A stretch of 64,000 nucleotides of DNA, taken from an uncultured Ruminococcus sp. (GTDB taxonomy: Bacteria > Bacillota > Clostridia > Oscillospirales > Ruminococcaceae). The notes beneath the pieces are model-generated. The model searched no databases and was not told the origin of the DNA. It worked only from the letters and a program-made list of their open reading frames with translations. The stretch lies in contig CAYRPZ010000001.1 of the NCBI GenBank assembly GCA_964426275.1, positions 6,503-70,502 of the forward strand, given 5' to 3'. A program made the position numbers and the translations under genes. This document shows positions 6,512-16,299 of the stretch, piece by piece (within the stretch, counting starts at the first letter, position 1; each line of letters opens with the position of its first letter).

Positions 6512-9193
6512 TTATAAAATTCTGCTGATTTTTACATTGAGATTATTTTTTGCTGACATATCAATAAGATGGCCATGACAGGTAAAGAATATAACCTGTG
6601 AATTTGCAGAATAATCATCAAGGAAATCGAGTCCCTGTTTTGTGCGTATATCATCATACTGAAAAAATACATCATCAATAAAAACAGGCATGGAATTTTT
6701 TTTATCAGAGAGCATATCCGCAACAGCAAGACGAAGTGAAAAATAAGCCTGGTCAATAGTTCCGTTGCTGAGATACTGCCATTCTGTTATGCCTGATGAA
6801 TTTTTCACTGCAATATTGAAATCGGAGGAAACAATAACACTTTCATATTTTCCGCCTGTAATCCTTCTGAATATTTCAGCGGTTTTGAGATTAAGTGCCG
6901 AACCGAAATTCTGCTGCATTTCCGCAGATGCTTCATCGATATACTTGAGTGTTGTATCAATGTTGTTACAGAATTGTTCATTCTCATCAATTTCATTTTT
7001 GATAATATTTATTTCATTTTCAATATGGCTTATGCCCATACTGTCCTTAAATTTTGTTTTCATTATGGCATTAATATTTGCATAATCTTCTTTACAGCTG
7101 TTTATTCCATTGAGAATAACAGTAGTTTGCTCCTTGATTTTTTCGATATGTACCTCATCAAGCTTTTCAGGAATAACGCCATTATTTTGTGATAGCAGCA
7201 TATTTTCAAGATTCTGAATCTGAAGATAAACCTGATTTATTGAAAAATTGCTATCCTGAGGAGGAGCAGAACGTTTGTGACTTTCAAGCTGTATCTGAGT
7301 TCTTTCGACTTCCTGAAAGATTTGTTTAAGTTCATTAAATTTTACCTGAAACTCATTCATATCTCTTACATACTTATATCTGCTGAATATCTGAAGAAGC
7401 TGTTTTATTGTATTGTTCTGATTAGCTTCAATAGTATTAATATTAGCAAAAATATATTGGAGCTGTTCAGTCTGAGTTCTGATAGCAGACTGACTTTCAG
7501 CAATTTTTATTTCATGATGATTTTTCTGTTGCTGGAGAGTAATAATCGAATCCTCGATTTCTTTTTTTCTCTTCTGAAGTTCAGGGATTTTACTTCTTAA
7601 TTGTGATATTGCAGTTTTGAATTCAGAAATACGGTTTCTGGCATTATCCATATCACCTTTTGCAGAGGATTTTTCTGAACCTGCTTCATTCCGAATTTTC
7701 TGGAGATTTTCAGTACATTTTGCAATTTCGATATGATTTACATATTCAAAAGGTTTATCCTTATTTTTTCCTTTTCTGATATTAAAAGATTTCACAGCCA
7801 TAATCACAGCAATTACGGTAACAAGTACAAATGCAGGGCGAATTGCATATGCTGCCCATAATGCTCCGAAAAGCAGAACTATACTTCCAATCAGTCCTTT
7901 GACATCAATATTAATATCCTCCTTATGATTCTGAATATCTTTCTCCATTGCTTTTGGAGTTGATGCCTCATGAAGCTGTTGTTCGGCATAAGAAATTTTC
8001 TGATGATAGATAGTATCAATTGTCTTGAAATTACTTTCTGCAAGATGAAAATCTATTTCTGAATTTTTCAGTTTTTCCTCAGTAGAATTGATAGTTGAAC
8101 GAATTTTTTCAATTTCCTCATCAATATTTCTGGATTCAAGAGAAAAATGCAATATTTTATTCTGAATTTCATTTATTTTTTTTCTCTCATCTTCAATCAC
8201 AAATCCACTGGAATATATTTTCAACTCATTGTCAATACGGTCATATTCTGACTTGAAACTGATTTTTTTCTGTTCTAGATTTTTTATTACTTCAAGAATT
8301 TCATCACAATTTCTTATAAATTCTGTATCAGCAATAAAATTTTCAGATATCATATAAGACTGTTTTTCTTTCAGTTTTTTTATCAGTTCGTCATATGTAC
8401 GCTGATAAGCGGCAATATTTTTCAGTCTTTCCAGCCTTATAATCTTTTCCTGAGTATCAACTTTTTCAACAGCAGTCTTGTATGTTTCCTCATACTGCTT
8501 TATTTTTTCAGAAAGTACCCTTGATTTTTCAAGCATGGAAACTTTATCCTGCTCATCTTGTTTTTCCTTTTCAAGAAGTTCCTCAAATTCATGCAGTTTT
8601 TTATATCGCATATCAAGCTTTCCAACTTTTCCGCTCGGTGATTTAAATGCTTCCTTTGCTGCAATAAGTCTTCTTTTAACTTTCAGCAATGATATTGATT
8701 CATCGCCTGCTGAATTAAGGTTTGCAAGACGCTGATTTATTTCCTCATCACTGCCGATGGCAGTTCCTGCCTGATTTATAAAGAATGTCTTTTCAAATGC
8801 CGAAGCACTGAATCCGAAAAACATCTGACCTATAGTTGTTTTATCAGGCATATCCATCTGCTGATTGTCAGTAATGTTAAAAAGTTTTATTTTATCCTCT
8901 GAATTTGAATTTCCGAACTGACGTTCAAGACGATATATTTTATTTTCATTTTCAAAAACTATATTTCCGCCCATTTTCCCGTTTTTTTTAGGTCGGTATT
9001 TTTTTCTTGGATTTTTAAGAAAATCATTAGTTTTTTCAGCAGGAGAGCCATAGAACATCATTTTTATAAATGCCATAACAGTTGACTTTCCGTCCTCATT
9101 ATTTCCATAGATTATATTAAAACCGCTTTTAAATTCCATGTGAAACTGATGAAGCTTGCCGAACCCGTCAACATTTATCTCGTTAATTTTCAT
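6512..9193 (-). CDS. yhaN: SbcC/Rad50-like coiled-coil ATPase, YhaN (SbcE)-like, with a central transmembrane hairpin
   Basis: 893 aa. N-terminal Walker A YGNNEDGKST. Long Lys/Glu/Ile-rich coiled coils. Two hydrophobic helices in mid-protein: GLIGSIVLLFGALWAAYAI / AFVLVTVIAVIMAV. C-terminal signature LSNGT, Walker B PVFIDDV, and H-loop FFTCHGH. Confidence 0.8.
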   Translation of the reverse strand: MKINEINVDGFGKLHQFHMEFKSGFNIIYGNNEDGKSTVMAFIKMMFYGSPAEKTNDFLKNPRKKYRPKKNGKMGGNIVFENENKIYRLERQFGNSNSEDKIKLFNITDNQQMDMPDKTTIGQMFFGFSASAFEKTFFINQAGTAIGSDEEINQRLANLNSAGDESISLLKVKRRLIAAKEAFKSPSGKVGKLDMRYKKLHEFEELLEKEKQDEQDKVSMLEKSRVLSEKIKQYEETYKTAVEKVDTQEKIIRLERLKNIAAYQRTYDELIKKLKEKQSYMISENFIADTEFIRNCDEILEVIKNLEQKKISFKSEYDRIDNELKIYSSGFVIEDERKKINEIQNKILHFSLESRNIDEEIEKIRSTINSTEEKLKNSEIDFHLAESNFKTIDTIYHQKISYAEQQLHEASTPKAMEKDIQNHKEDINIDVKGLIGSIVLLFGALWAAYAIRPAFVLVTVIAVIMAVKSFNIRKGKNKDKPFEYVNHIEIAKCTENLQKIRNEAGSEKSSAKGDMDNARNRISEFKTAISQLRSKIPELQKRKKEIEDSIITLQQQKNHHEIKIAESQSAIRTQTEQLQYIFANINTIEANQNNTIKQLLQIFSRYKYVRDMNEFQVKFNELKQIFQEVERTQIQLESHKRSAPPQDSNFSINQVYLQIQNLENMLLSQNNGVIPEKLDEVHIEKIKEQTTVILNGINSCKEDYANINAIMKTKFKDSMGISHIENEINIIKNEIDENEQFCNNIDTTLKYIDEASAEMQQNFGSALNLKTAEIFRRITGGKYESVIVSSDFNIAVKNSSGITEWQYLSNGTIDQAYFSLRLAVADMLSDKKNSMPVFIDDVFFQYDDIRTKQGLDFLDDYSANSQVIFFTCHGHLIDMSAKNNLNVKISRIL

Positions 9194-10337
9194 AATAGCT
9201 CACCTCACCATCAAAGGCATTAAGTCCAAGATACAACGATTTTTCAAGATTTATACGCTTTACAGTATCCTGTTCTGACACAATCTGTGCCATCATTTTC
9301 TTTACAAAAAGCCCTTTAAGATTCATTTCAGAAGAAATCTCATCAAGATTTATATCAGGACGTGTATAATTTCTGACCTGAACGAAAAAAATTTCCTCAT
9401 TCAGTTTAAGTTCGGTCTGTACAAAGTCAACAGGAGATGAAGTCTGCAAAGTTCCTGTGAATGTAATCCTGTATATATTATTGGCATAGTTCCCGCCATA
9501 GTTATTTTTCATTTTCACATGTGTTGCTTCAATAATTTCTTCCTGATTTCTCAGCCCTGTTATATCAGCCTGCATAGTTATGCACATTCGGTACTGTACA
9601 GGTCTGAATGTGAGATTACAGTATCCCTTTGAAACAATTCCTGTATAAATTCCTTTCAGTCCTGTTTCTTCAAATCCCTGACTTTCAGGACAGCCTGAAT
9701 ATGCATAAAAAGTCCTTCCTGCCTGATGTACGGAGGAAGAATGATGTATATGTCCGAGAGCAATATAATCCATGCCAGAATATGAAATATTTGTTTTAGT
9801 TATCGGATTATATTTGCTTGAAGTATTTTCAGCCACAAAATCCCCATGCATAACCATTATATTTACAAGTCCGTCATTAGGTACGTTTATATTTTTTATA
9901 AGTGAACTTTCAATATATGGTGTTGAAAAAGAACACCCCCATACACGCACATCTTTTTTCGGCACTTGTATAAATTCCATAGAAGTACCGAATACGTATA
10001 CATTTGCAGGCCATTTTGAAGTTACATACGGTGAATCAGAAGTTATATAGTCATGATTTCCGGCACATATTGCAATAAAGGTATCAGGAATACTTGAAAA
10101 GAGATTTTTTACCCGCTTTATTGAACTGTTATCAATATGATTGCTGTCAAAAAGGTCGCCTGATATAAGCATAAGCTCTATATTTTCATTTTTACATATA
10201 TTTACAATTTTTTCAAGTGTAATGAGTATTTCAGAACGACGCTGTTTTGCTTTATTTCTAAGATAATAATTCTGTGCTCCGATATGAAAATCTGCACAGT
10301 GAAGAATTTTCACGGAACTGCTTTCGGATATGTTCAT
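9183..10337 (-). CDS. yhaO: SbcD/Mre11-like metallophosphoesterase nuclease, YhaO (SbcF)-like
   Basis: 384 aa with the full calcineurin-like motif set: HCADFHIG, SGDLFD, GNHDY, MHGD, GHIHH. Its 3' end overlaps the yhaN-like start by 11 nt. Confidence 0.85.
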   Translation of the reverse strand: MNISESSSVKILHCADFHIGAQNYYLRNKAKQRRSEILITLEKIVNICKNENIELMLISGDLFDSNHIDNSSIKRVKNLFSSIPDTFIAICAGNHDYITSDSPYVTSKWPANVYVFGTSMEFIQVPKKDVRVWGCSFSTPYIESSLIKNINVPNDGLVNIMVMHGDFVAENTSSKYNPITKTNISYSGMDYIALGHIHHSSSVHQAGRTFYAYSGCPESQGFEETGLKGIYTGIVSKGYCNLTFRPVQYRMCITMQADITGLRNQEEIIEATHVKMKNNYGGNYANNIYRITFTGTLQTSSPVDFVQTELKLNEEIFFVQVRNYTRPDINLDEISSEMNLKGLFVKKMMAQIVSEQDTVKRINLEKSLYLGLNAFDGEVSYYEN

Positions 10338-10510
10338 TATAAGCTCATTCCTTTCATTTAAAACGTTTAATTATATTTTATCATATTATTCTCCTAAAGT
10401 AAAGAATTCATAAGAATTTAATTAAAAAAAGACAATTTATATTCAAGCATATAAAAAAGTAACAATTTTTATATTTAAAAGACATTAAAAATTTTTATAT
10501 CAAGTACAGA

Positions 10511-10551
10511 AAATAAAGATACTCATGCACATAATATCCGTACATGAGTAT
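10511..10551 (-). terminator. Rho-independent terminator after the lipoprotein gene
   Basis: A 9-bp stem ATACTCATG / CATGAGTAT (10519-10551) with a 15-nt loop. The minus-strand tail is CTTTATTT. Confidence 0.55.
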
Positions 10552-10569
10552 TTGTAATATTTCAACAGG

Positions 10570-12090
10570 TCAGCTGAGTGTAAATACTACTCTTACATAA
10601 TAATACTGAGGAACATCAGTATCAGTTGCATTGCCTTGCTCATCATATTCCTGAAAATATTTTGTGTTAAGTGTTACAACTGCACTTACATTTACCGGAA
10701 TATCTGAAGATGTTGCTGTATAGTTTCCATAAAGAGTATATGAGTTATTATAGAAATTTTCATATCTTATGTCAGCAGTATTCAGGCATGGAAAAAGACA
10801 TATAATTTTTTTCTTTGCAGATTCTATAAGTTCCGTAAACGCCTCCTCATCTGAACAAAGCTCAGCCAGTGTATATCCTGCTATAAACTCACCGTTTCCC
10901 TTTATATAATTGTTATTGCTTCGGCTGTCAAAATAAGCTGTTATATCGCAGTTAAAAAATGGTGAATCTTCAAAATTCATACTACAGCCTTTTGACAAAT
11001 CAAACCTGAACTGATAGTTTCTGTATATTTTATTTGTTCCCTCTGTAATCTTTACATCAATATTATTTTTTATTGTCTGACTGAAAGGAATATCAGTTCT
11101 TCCGCCTGATTCCATAAACTTATCAAAAAAGTTAACATTATCAGTCGGGTCATTCCCGCCGAAATCGCCTTTGAAAATATCTTTAAGAGTTATACGGCTT
11201 TCATTATATACCGGTTTATATTCATAGTCATAGTAAGAATATCTGCTTTCGTCAAACTCATTCATATCCTGAAAGTCAAGCTCTATATTAAGATTTCCTC
11301 CTCCTACCACACGGTTTATTACAAGATTTCCCCTGCCGTCATTTGTAGGAATTGTATCACTAAGGTTAAGTTCATTATCCTGACTGCCGAGAGCTTTTGC
11401 ATATATCGCATATTCAGCAATTTCCGTGCCGACCTGCGATGCAAGAAGTTCATAAAGCATAGTCTGCATATCACGGGTTATATTCGTAGAATTTACGACA
11501 ACAGAAAAATAATTCGGCTTGCTGTATGTATTGTAATCCTGACCTACTGATATAAGAATATCTGAATACAGAACTTCATCTTCCTTGTTATTTATATTAT
11601 TAATTTTCTGTCCGCATATAAGCTTTTCAACAGATGCATCTGCATGCTGACCATACATTCCGAATGATGCATAACTGCTTTGGTCACGGCTTGTTTCAGC
11701 AAGAATATAATTTTGGCTCATATATGCATTATCTGTTAAAAATTTCAGCATATCTTTATATGAATATGTAACTGACGGAACAACCATCTGGAGTGCACTG
11801 CCGTCAGGTGCAGATGTATCTGTATACATTGAATTTTCCACTGAATAAAGCAGAAGGTCCCGCAGTTCCCAGCTTTCATCATTCTCACTGGCGTCATTGG
11901 CATCATTGATGTCTGCATTTTCCGCATAATCAGTATATGTATCTTTCCGACCGGAATCAGTTACGGTAACCTTATTAGGATTAATGTAATCCCCGCCCAC
12001 TACAATATCATCACTTGTATCTGTCAATTCACAGCCGGCAAGGAATACAGCCGTAATTACAGCACATATCAATTTTTTCAAAAAATTCAT
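10570..12090 (-). CDS. Lipoprotein of unknown function
   Basis: The signal peptide and lipobox MNFLKKLICAVITAVFLAGC are typical of a lipoprotein. ATG 12090 is preferred, with GGTGA 5 nt upstream. The ORF-track GTG at 12099 lacks an RBS. I recognise no domain. Confidence 0.75.
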   Translation of the reverse strand: MNFLKKLICAVITAVFLAGCELTDTSDDIVVGGDYINPNKVTVTDSGRKDTYTDYAENADINDANDASENDESWELRDLLLYSVENSMYTDTSAPDGSALQMVVPSVTYSYKDMLKFLTDNAYMSQNYILAETSRDQSSYASFGMYGQHADASVEKLICGQKINNINNKEDEVLYSDILISVGQDYNTYSKPNYFSVVVNSTNITRDMQTMLYELLASQVGTEIAEYAIYAKALGSQDNELNLSDTIPTNDGRGNLVINRVVGGGNLNIELDFQDMNEFDESRYSYYDYEYKPVYNESRITLKDIFKGDFGGNDPTDNVNFFDKFMESGGRTDIPFSQTIKNNIDVKITEGTNKIYRNYQFRFDLSKGCSMNFEDSPFFNCDITAYFDSRSNNNYIKGNGEFIAGYTLAELCSDEEAFTELIESAKKKIICLFPCLNTADIRYENFYNNSYTLYGNYTATSSDIPVNVSAVVTLNTKYFQEYDEQGNATDTDVPQYYYVRVVFTLS

Positions 12091-12107
12091 TAATTTCACC
12101 TGTGTTT

Positions 12108-12148
12108 AAAAACAGCATATGATTGAAAAATATCTATCATATGCTGTT
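12108..12148 (-). terminator. Terminator after the transketolase genes
   Basis: A 13-bp perfect stem AACAGCATATGAT / ATCATATGCTGTT (12111-12148). The A-run 12108-12112 gives a U-tract on the minus strand. Confidence 0.65.
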
Positions 12149-12181
12149 TGTTATTTTTATTTGCTTTTATCAGAATTATAT

Positions 12182-13126
12182 TTACTTTTTAAGAGTGAGT
12201 GCATATTTTGTTTTCTCTGCAATGTTTTCTCTGCAAAGTCCGAATTTCTTCAAAAGTTCAACAGCCGGACCGCTGTAGCCATATTCATCATTCACACCTA
12301 TTTTAACTACAGGAACAGGATTTTCTGATATTGCATCACATACAGCACTGCCAAGTCCCCCGATAACACTGTGTTCCTCAGCAGTAACTACAACACCTGT
12401 TTTTAAAGCAGATTTGCGTATTGTCTCACTGTCAATAGGTTTAATTGTATGAATATTAATGACTTCAGCACTGATATTTTCAGCTTCAAGAATTTTTGAT
12501 GCTTCAATTGCCTCATTAACCATAAGACCTGTAGCAATAATTGTAACATCTGTACCTTCTTTGAGTGTAACAGCCTTTCCAAGTTCAAATTTATATGAAC
12601 TGTCATTAAATACAGGAGCAGCAAGCCTGCCGAATCTCATATAAACAGGGCCTTCATGAAGTATAGCAGCTTCAACAGCCTGCTTTGCTTCAATATCATC
12701 AGCAGGGTTTATAATAGTCATTCCCGGAATAGTTCTCATAAGAGCAATATCCTCATTGCACTGATGTGTTGCACCGTCCTCGCCTACTGATATTCCTGCA
12801 TGAGTTGCACCTATTTTAACATTCAGATGTGGATATCCGATTGAATTTCTCACAATTTCATATGCTCTGCCTGCCGCAAACATTGCAAAGGAGCTTGCAA
12901 ACGGAATTTTTCCTGCTGCTGCAAGACCTGCCGCAACTCCCATCATATTTGCTTCTGCAATTCCGCAGTCAAAGAATTTATCAGGATATGCTTTTTTGAA
13001 TATACCTGTTTTTGTAGCTGCAGCAAGGTCAGCATCAAGCACAACAAGGTTTTCATATTTTTCTGCAAGTTCCTTTAATGCTTCACCATAACTTTCTCTG
13101 GTAGCTTTTTTTATTGCATCTGTCAT
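12182..13126 (-). CDS. Transketolase, C-terminal (pyrimidine-binding) subunit
   Basis: 314 aa; FFDCGIAEANMMGVAAGLA and GATHQCNEDIALMR are typical of split transketolase subunit B. Confidence 0.92.
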   Translation of the reverse strand: MTDAIKKATRESYGEALKELAEKYENLVVLDADLAAATKTGIFKKAYPDKFFDCGIAEANMMGVAAGLAAAGKIPFASSFAMFAAGRAYEIVRNSIGYPHLNVKIGATHAGISVGEDGATHQCNEDIALMRTIPGMTIINPADDIEAKQAVEAAILHEGPVYMRFGRLAAPVFNDSSYKFELGKAVTLKEGTDVTIIATGLMVNEAIEASKILEAENISAEVINIHTIKPIDSETIRKSALKTGVVVTAEEHSVIGGLGSAVCDAISENPVPVVKIGVNDEYGYSGPAVELLKKFGLCRENIAEKTKYALTLKK

Positions 13127-13128
13127 AA

Positions 13129-13971
13129 TTATTTACCCTCCAGTTCATTTAATGCCGCATTAAGTTCCTGCATTGCCTGTTCATACTGTTCCTTATTGGG
13201 AGCCGTTCCATGCCATGAACACTGATTTTCCATGAAAGAAACTCCTTTTCCCTTAATACTTTTCTGTATAATTACAACGGGCTTTCCGCTTATTTTCTCA
13301 GCTTCATCAAATGCTCTTTCAATATCATCAAAATCATGAGCATCAATATCTATTGCATACCAGCCGAATGATTCAAATTTTTCCTTAATAGGATACGGAG
13401 AACATACTTCCTCAATCGAACCATCAATCTGAAGTCCATTGTTGTCAACTACTGCAACAAGATTGTCAAGCTGATAATGAGATGCAAACATAGCTGCCTC
13501 CCATACCTGACCTTCTTCAAGTTCCCCGTCACCGAGAATTGTATATACTTTATAATCCTTATTTGAAATCTTTCCTGCAAGAGCCATTCCGCAGGCAACA
13601 GAAATTCCCTGACCGAGTGAACCGCTGCTCATATCAATGCCCGGAGTTTTGATGCATGGGTGTCCCTGAAGCATTGAGCCGATATGTCTTAATGATTTAA
13701 GCTCATCGGCATCAAAAAATCCTTTCTCCGCAAGAACTGCATAAAGTGCAGGAGCACAGTGTCCTTTTGAGAGTACAAGCCTGTCCCTATCAGGCATATC
13801 AGGATTTTCAGGGCATACATTCATTTTTGCATAATAAAGGTATGTCAGAAGGTCAGCGATTGAAAGAGAACCGCCGGGATGACCTGATTTTGCATTGTAA
13901 GTACCCTCAATGATACCCATTCTTACCTTACAGGCAATTGCCTGAAGATTTTTTTTAACAGTTGTATCCAT
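13129..13971 (-). CDS. Transketolase, N-terminal (thiamine diphosphate-binding) subunit
   Basis: 280 aa; motifs SGHPGGSLS, GSLGQG and LGDGELEEG (TPP-binding). Confidence 0.92.
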   Translation of the reverse strand: MDTTVKKNLQAIACKVRMGIIEGTYNAKSGHPGGSLSIADLLTYLYYAKMNVCPENPDMPDRDRLVLSKGHCAPALYAVLAEKGFFDADELKSLRHIGSMLQGHPCIKTPGIDMSSGSLGQGISVACGMALAGKISNKDYKVYTILGDGELEEGQVWEAAMFASHYQLDNLVAVVDNNGLQIDGSIEEVCSPYPIKEKFESFGWYAIDIDAHDFDDIERAFDEAEKISGKPVVIIQKSIKGKGVSFMENQCSWHGTAPNKEQYEQAMQELNAALNELEGK

Positions 13972-13975
13972 TTAT

Positions 13976-14800
13976 TCAAATTACCTCCGTAAAAATATAT
14001 TTGACAGCATCAGCAATAAAATTATCCTCACATGATTTTTCTGATATGAAATCAGCCGACTCCAAAGCCTTTTTGCAGGCATTTGCAGGTGCAATTCCGA
14101 TATCAGCACATTCCAGCATTTCAATGTCATTGTCATAATCACCTGCTGAAATAATATATGAAATATTAATTCCTGTTATATCACTGTATTTTTTCAGTGC
14201 ATCTCCCTTTGAAACATTATGCGGAAGAAGTTCAATAAAGGTATCAGATGAACGTATGAAATCAGATGAGTTTTCAAGAGATGATACAAAATTCCAGACT
14301 TCATCGCTTTTTTCAGCAGGCATTGCAAAAAGAACTTTAAGCCAGCTTTCACATTCCATATCATAAATATTGCAAAAAACAGGCTCGGCTCTGCATATAT
14401 TTATATGTTCCTGTTCATATTCATTATTTCTGACCACATACACACCATCTGATTTAAGAATTTCACAGCCTGCAAAATCAAATTTCTCAAGCACTTCCAT
14501 GACAATATTTTTCATATCAGCAGTAAGAGTGCGGGTATAGAGAATTTTTTCATCTTTTGGGCTGTAAATCACAGCACCATTATAAAGAATTACAGGAATA
14601 TCAATATCAAGGCTTTTATAATAAGGTTTTGCCGACTGAATAGTTCTTCCCGTAGCTATGGAAAAAAGACCGCCTTTTTTTCTGTATTGAGATATTTCAT
14701 TCAAATCAGTTTCAGAAATTATCTTACTGTTAGGAAGCAGAGTTCCATCAAGGTCAGTAATAAAAAGCAACTCTGATATATCCATCATGACAAACCTCAT
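13976..14800 (-). CDS. Cof-type HAD-IIB phosphatase
   Basis: 274 aa; motif I DLDGTLL, C-terminal GDYDNDIEM. The start overlaps the rluD stop (ATGA). Confidence 0.85.
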   Translation of the reverse strand: MRFVMMDISELLFITDLDGTLLPNSKIISETDLNEISQYRKKGGLFSIATGRTIQSAKPYYKSLDIDIPVILYNGAVIYSPKDEKILYTRTLTADMKNIVMEVLEKFDFAGCEILKSDGVYVVRNNEYEQEHINICRAEPVFCNIYDMECESWLKVLFAMPAEKSDEVWNFVSSLENSSDFIRSSDTFIELLPHNVSKGDALKKYSDITGINISYIISAGDYDNDIEMLECADIGIAPANACKKALESADFISEKSCEDNFIADAVKYIFTEVI

Positions 14801-15708
14801 TTCCTTATTTTTTCAATCACATTCATAAAATATTCAGGAAGTTCACTTATAAATTCAAGATATTCACCTGTTATCGGGTGAACAAATCCTATTTTTCTTG
14901 CATGAAGGCACTGTCCTTCAATATCTTTGAACGGCTTCCCATAGACATCATCACCGAGTACAGGGTGACCGATATAAGCCATATGCACTCTTATCTGATG
15001 AGTTCTTCCTGTTTCAAGTATACATTTTATATGTGAGTAATTCTTATAATCAGCTAAAACTTCATAATGTGTAACAGCTGATTTTGAATTTTTTTCAGTG
15101 ACGCACATTTTTTTTCTGTCAGCACTGCTTCTGCCTATCGGAGCATTTACAGTTCCTCTGTTCTCTTTAAAATGTCCGCATACAATGGCTTCATATTCCC
15201 TCGTAAAGCTATGATTTTTAATCTGCTCTGCAAGTCCTGTATGTGCAATATCATTTTTAGCAACGATTAAAAGACCGCTTGTATTCTTATCGATACGATG
15301 AACAATTCCGGGACGGATAACTCCGTTTATCGCCGATAAATTCCCCTTGCAGTGAAACAGAAGTGCATTTACAAGAGTTCCGCTGTAATTTCCAGGAGCA
15401 GGGTGAACAACCATTCCTTTGGATTTATTCACAACAATCAGGTCATTATCTTCATAGACTATATCAAGAGGAATATTCTCCGCTGTAACATTAAGTTCAA
15501 CAGGCTCAGGCATATTTATTGATACAATATCACCGCATTTAAGCTTATAAGTCTTTATAATCTGCTTTCCGTTGATGCTGACATCTCCTCTTCTTACAAG
15601 CGTATCGGCTCTGTTTCTTGTTATGTCAAGTTCCTTATTTTCAGCAAGCCATTTTTCAATTCTAATTCCTGCTGTAGATTCATCAACTATAAGTTCTATT
15701 ATATTCAT
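14797..15708 (-). CDS. rluD: 23S rRNA pseudouridine synthase, RluD family
   Basis: 303 aa; N-terminal S4 domain and the catalytic motif HRIDKNTSGLL. Confidence 0.92.
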   Translation of the reverse strand: MNIIELIVDESTAGIRIEKWLAENKELDITRNRADTLVRRGDVSINGKQIIKTYKLKCGDIVSINMPEPVELNVTAENIPLDIVYEDNDLIVVNKSKGMVVHPAPGNYSGTLVNALLFHCKGNLSAINGVIRPGIVHRIDKNTSGLLIVAKNDIAHTGLAEQIKNHSFTREYEAIVCGHFKENRGTVNAPIGRSSADRKKMCVTEKNSKSAVTHYEVLADYKNYSHIKCILETGRTHQIRVHMAYIGHPVLGDDVYGKPFKDIEGQCLHARKIGFVHPITGEYLEFISELPEYFMNVIEKIRK

Positions 15709-16196
15709 TTATTATCAGCCATCGCTTTCTCATTTCTTCCATCAATGAAAAGAGCATAAATCATAAGCATTATAACTCCGATAACAACACAGCAGTCAGC
15801 AAAATTAAAAACCGCAAAATTAAAAAGCTGTATATCAAGATAATCCACAACACGTCCATTTCTGAAAATACGGTCAATAAGATTTCCGATACCTCCGCTT
15901 ATAACAAGTGCCAGACTCCACGAAAGAATTTTTGATTTCTTATAATTTTTTATCATTATAAAGAAGCATTCGATAATCATAACAGCAGTTACTCCGATTA
16001 ACATAAATCTCATTCCGCTGAAACTTCCAAAAACAGCACCGCTGTTTTCCAGATAGGTAAGATTAAGAATTTCAGTATTTCCGAATTTAATAAACTGCAT
16101 TGATTCTGCACCTTTAAGGTTTTCAATCACCCATAATTTTATCATCTGGTCAGCCGAAACGAGCAGCATCACAACCGCAATCAAAGCTATAATCAT
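15705..16196 (-). CDS. lspA: Lipoprotein signal peptidase II
   Basis: Multi-TM protein with NSGAVFG and FNFADCC motifs. I moved the start to ATG 16196, which has AAAGGAG 7 nt upstream. The ORF-track extension to 16277 has no RBS. Confidence 0.88.
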   Translation of the reverse strand: MIIALIAVVMLLVSADQMIKLWVIENLKGAESMQFIKFGNTEILNLTYLENSGAVFGSFSGMRFMLIGVTAVMIIECFFIMIKNYKKSKILSWSLALVISGGIGNLIDRIFRNGRVVDYLDIQLFNFAVFNFADCCVVIGVIMLMIYALFIDGRNEKAMADNK

Positions 16197-16299
16197 ACTG
16201 AAGCTCCTTTCTGATATATTCAAAATATCACAAATACAGCCTGCCCTGTAAATTCTATACAAGGCAAGTTGTACCATGAAAATATATGATATTTATTAT

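Noticed and set aside
10425-10504. Three TTTATAT-containing imperfect direct repeats upstream of yhaO (iteron- or operator-like)
   Set aside because: The spacing is irregular (32 and 26 nt) and the region is extremely AT-rich. The similarity is at the level expected from low complexity. Several alternative -35/-10 pairs can be drawn, so I could not support a specific site.
16197-16277. N-terminal extensions in the ORF track for lspA, and likewise nadK 59374..59415, tlyA 60173..60223, sepF 20914..20934 and the dnaI-like gene 38307..38333
   Set aside because: The internal ATG codons are preceded by good Shine-Dalgarno sequences at 5-10 nt. They also give N-termini typical of the families. The extended starts lack an RBS or overlap upstream coding sequence implausibly.
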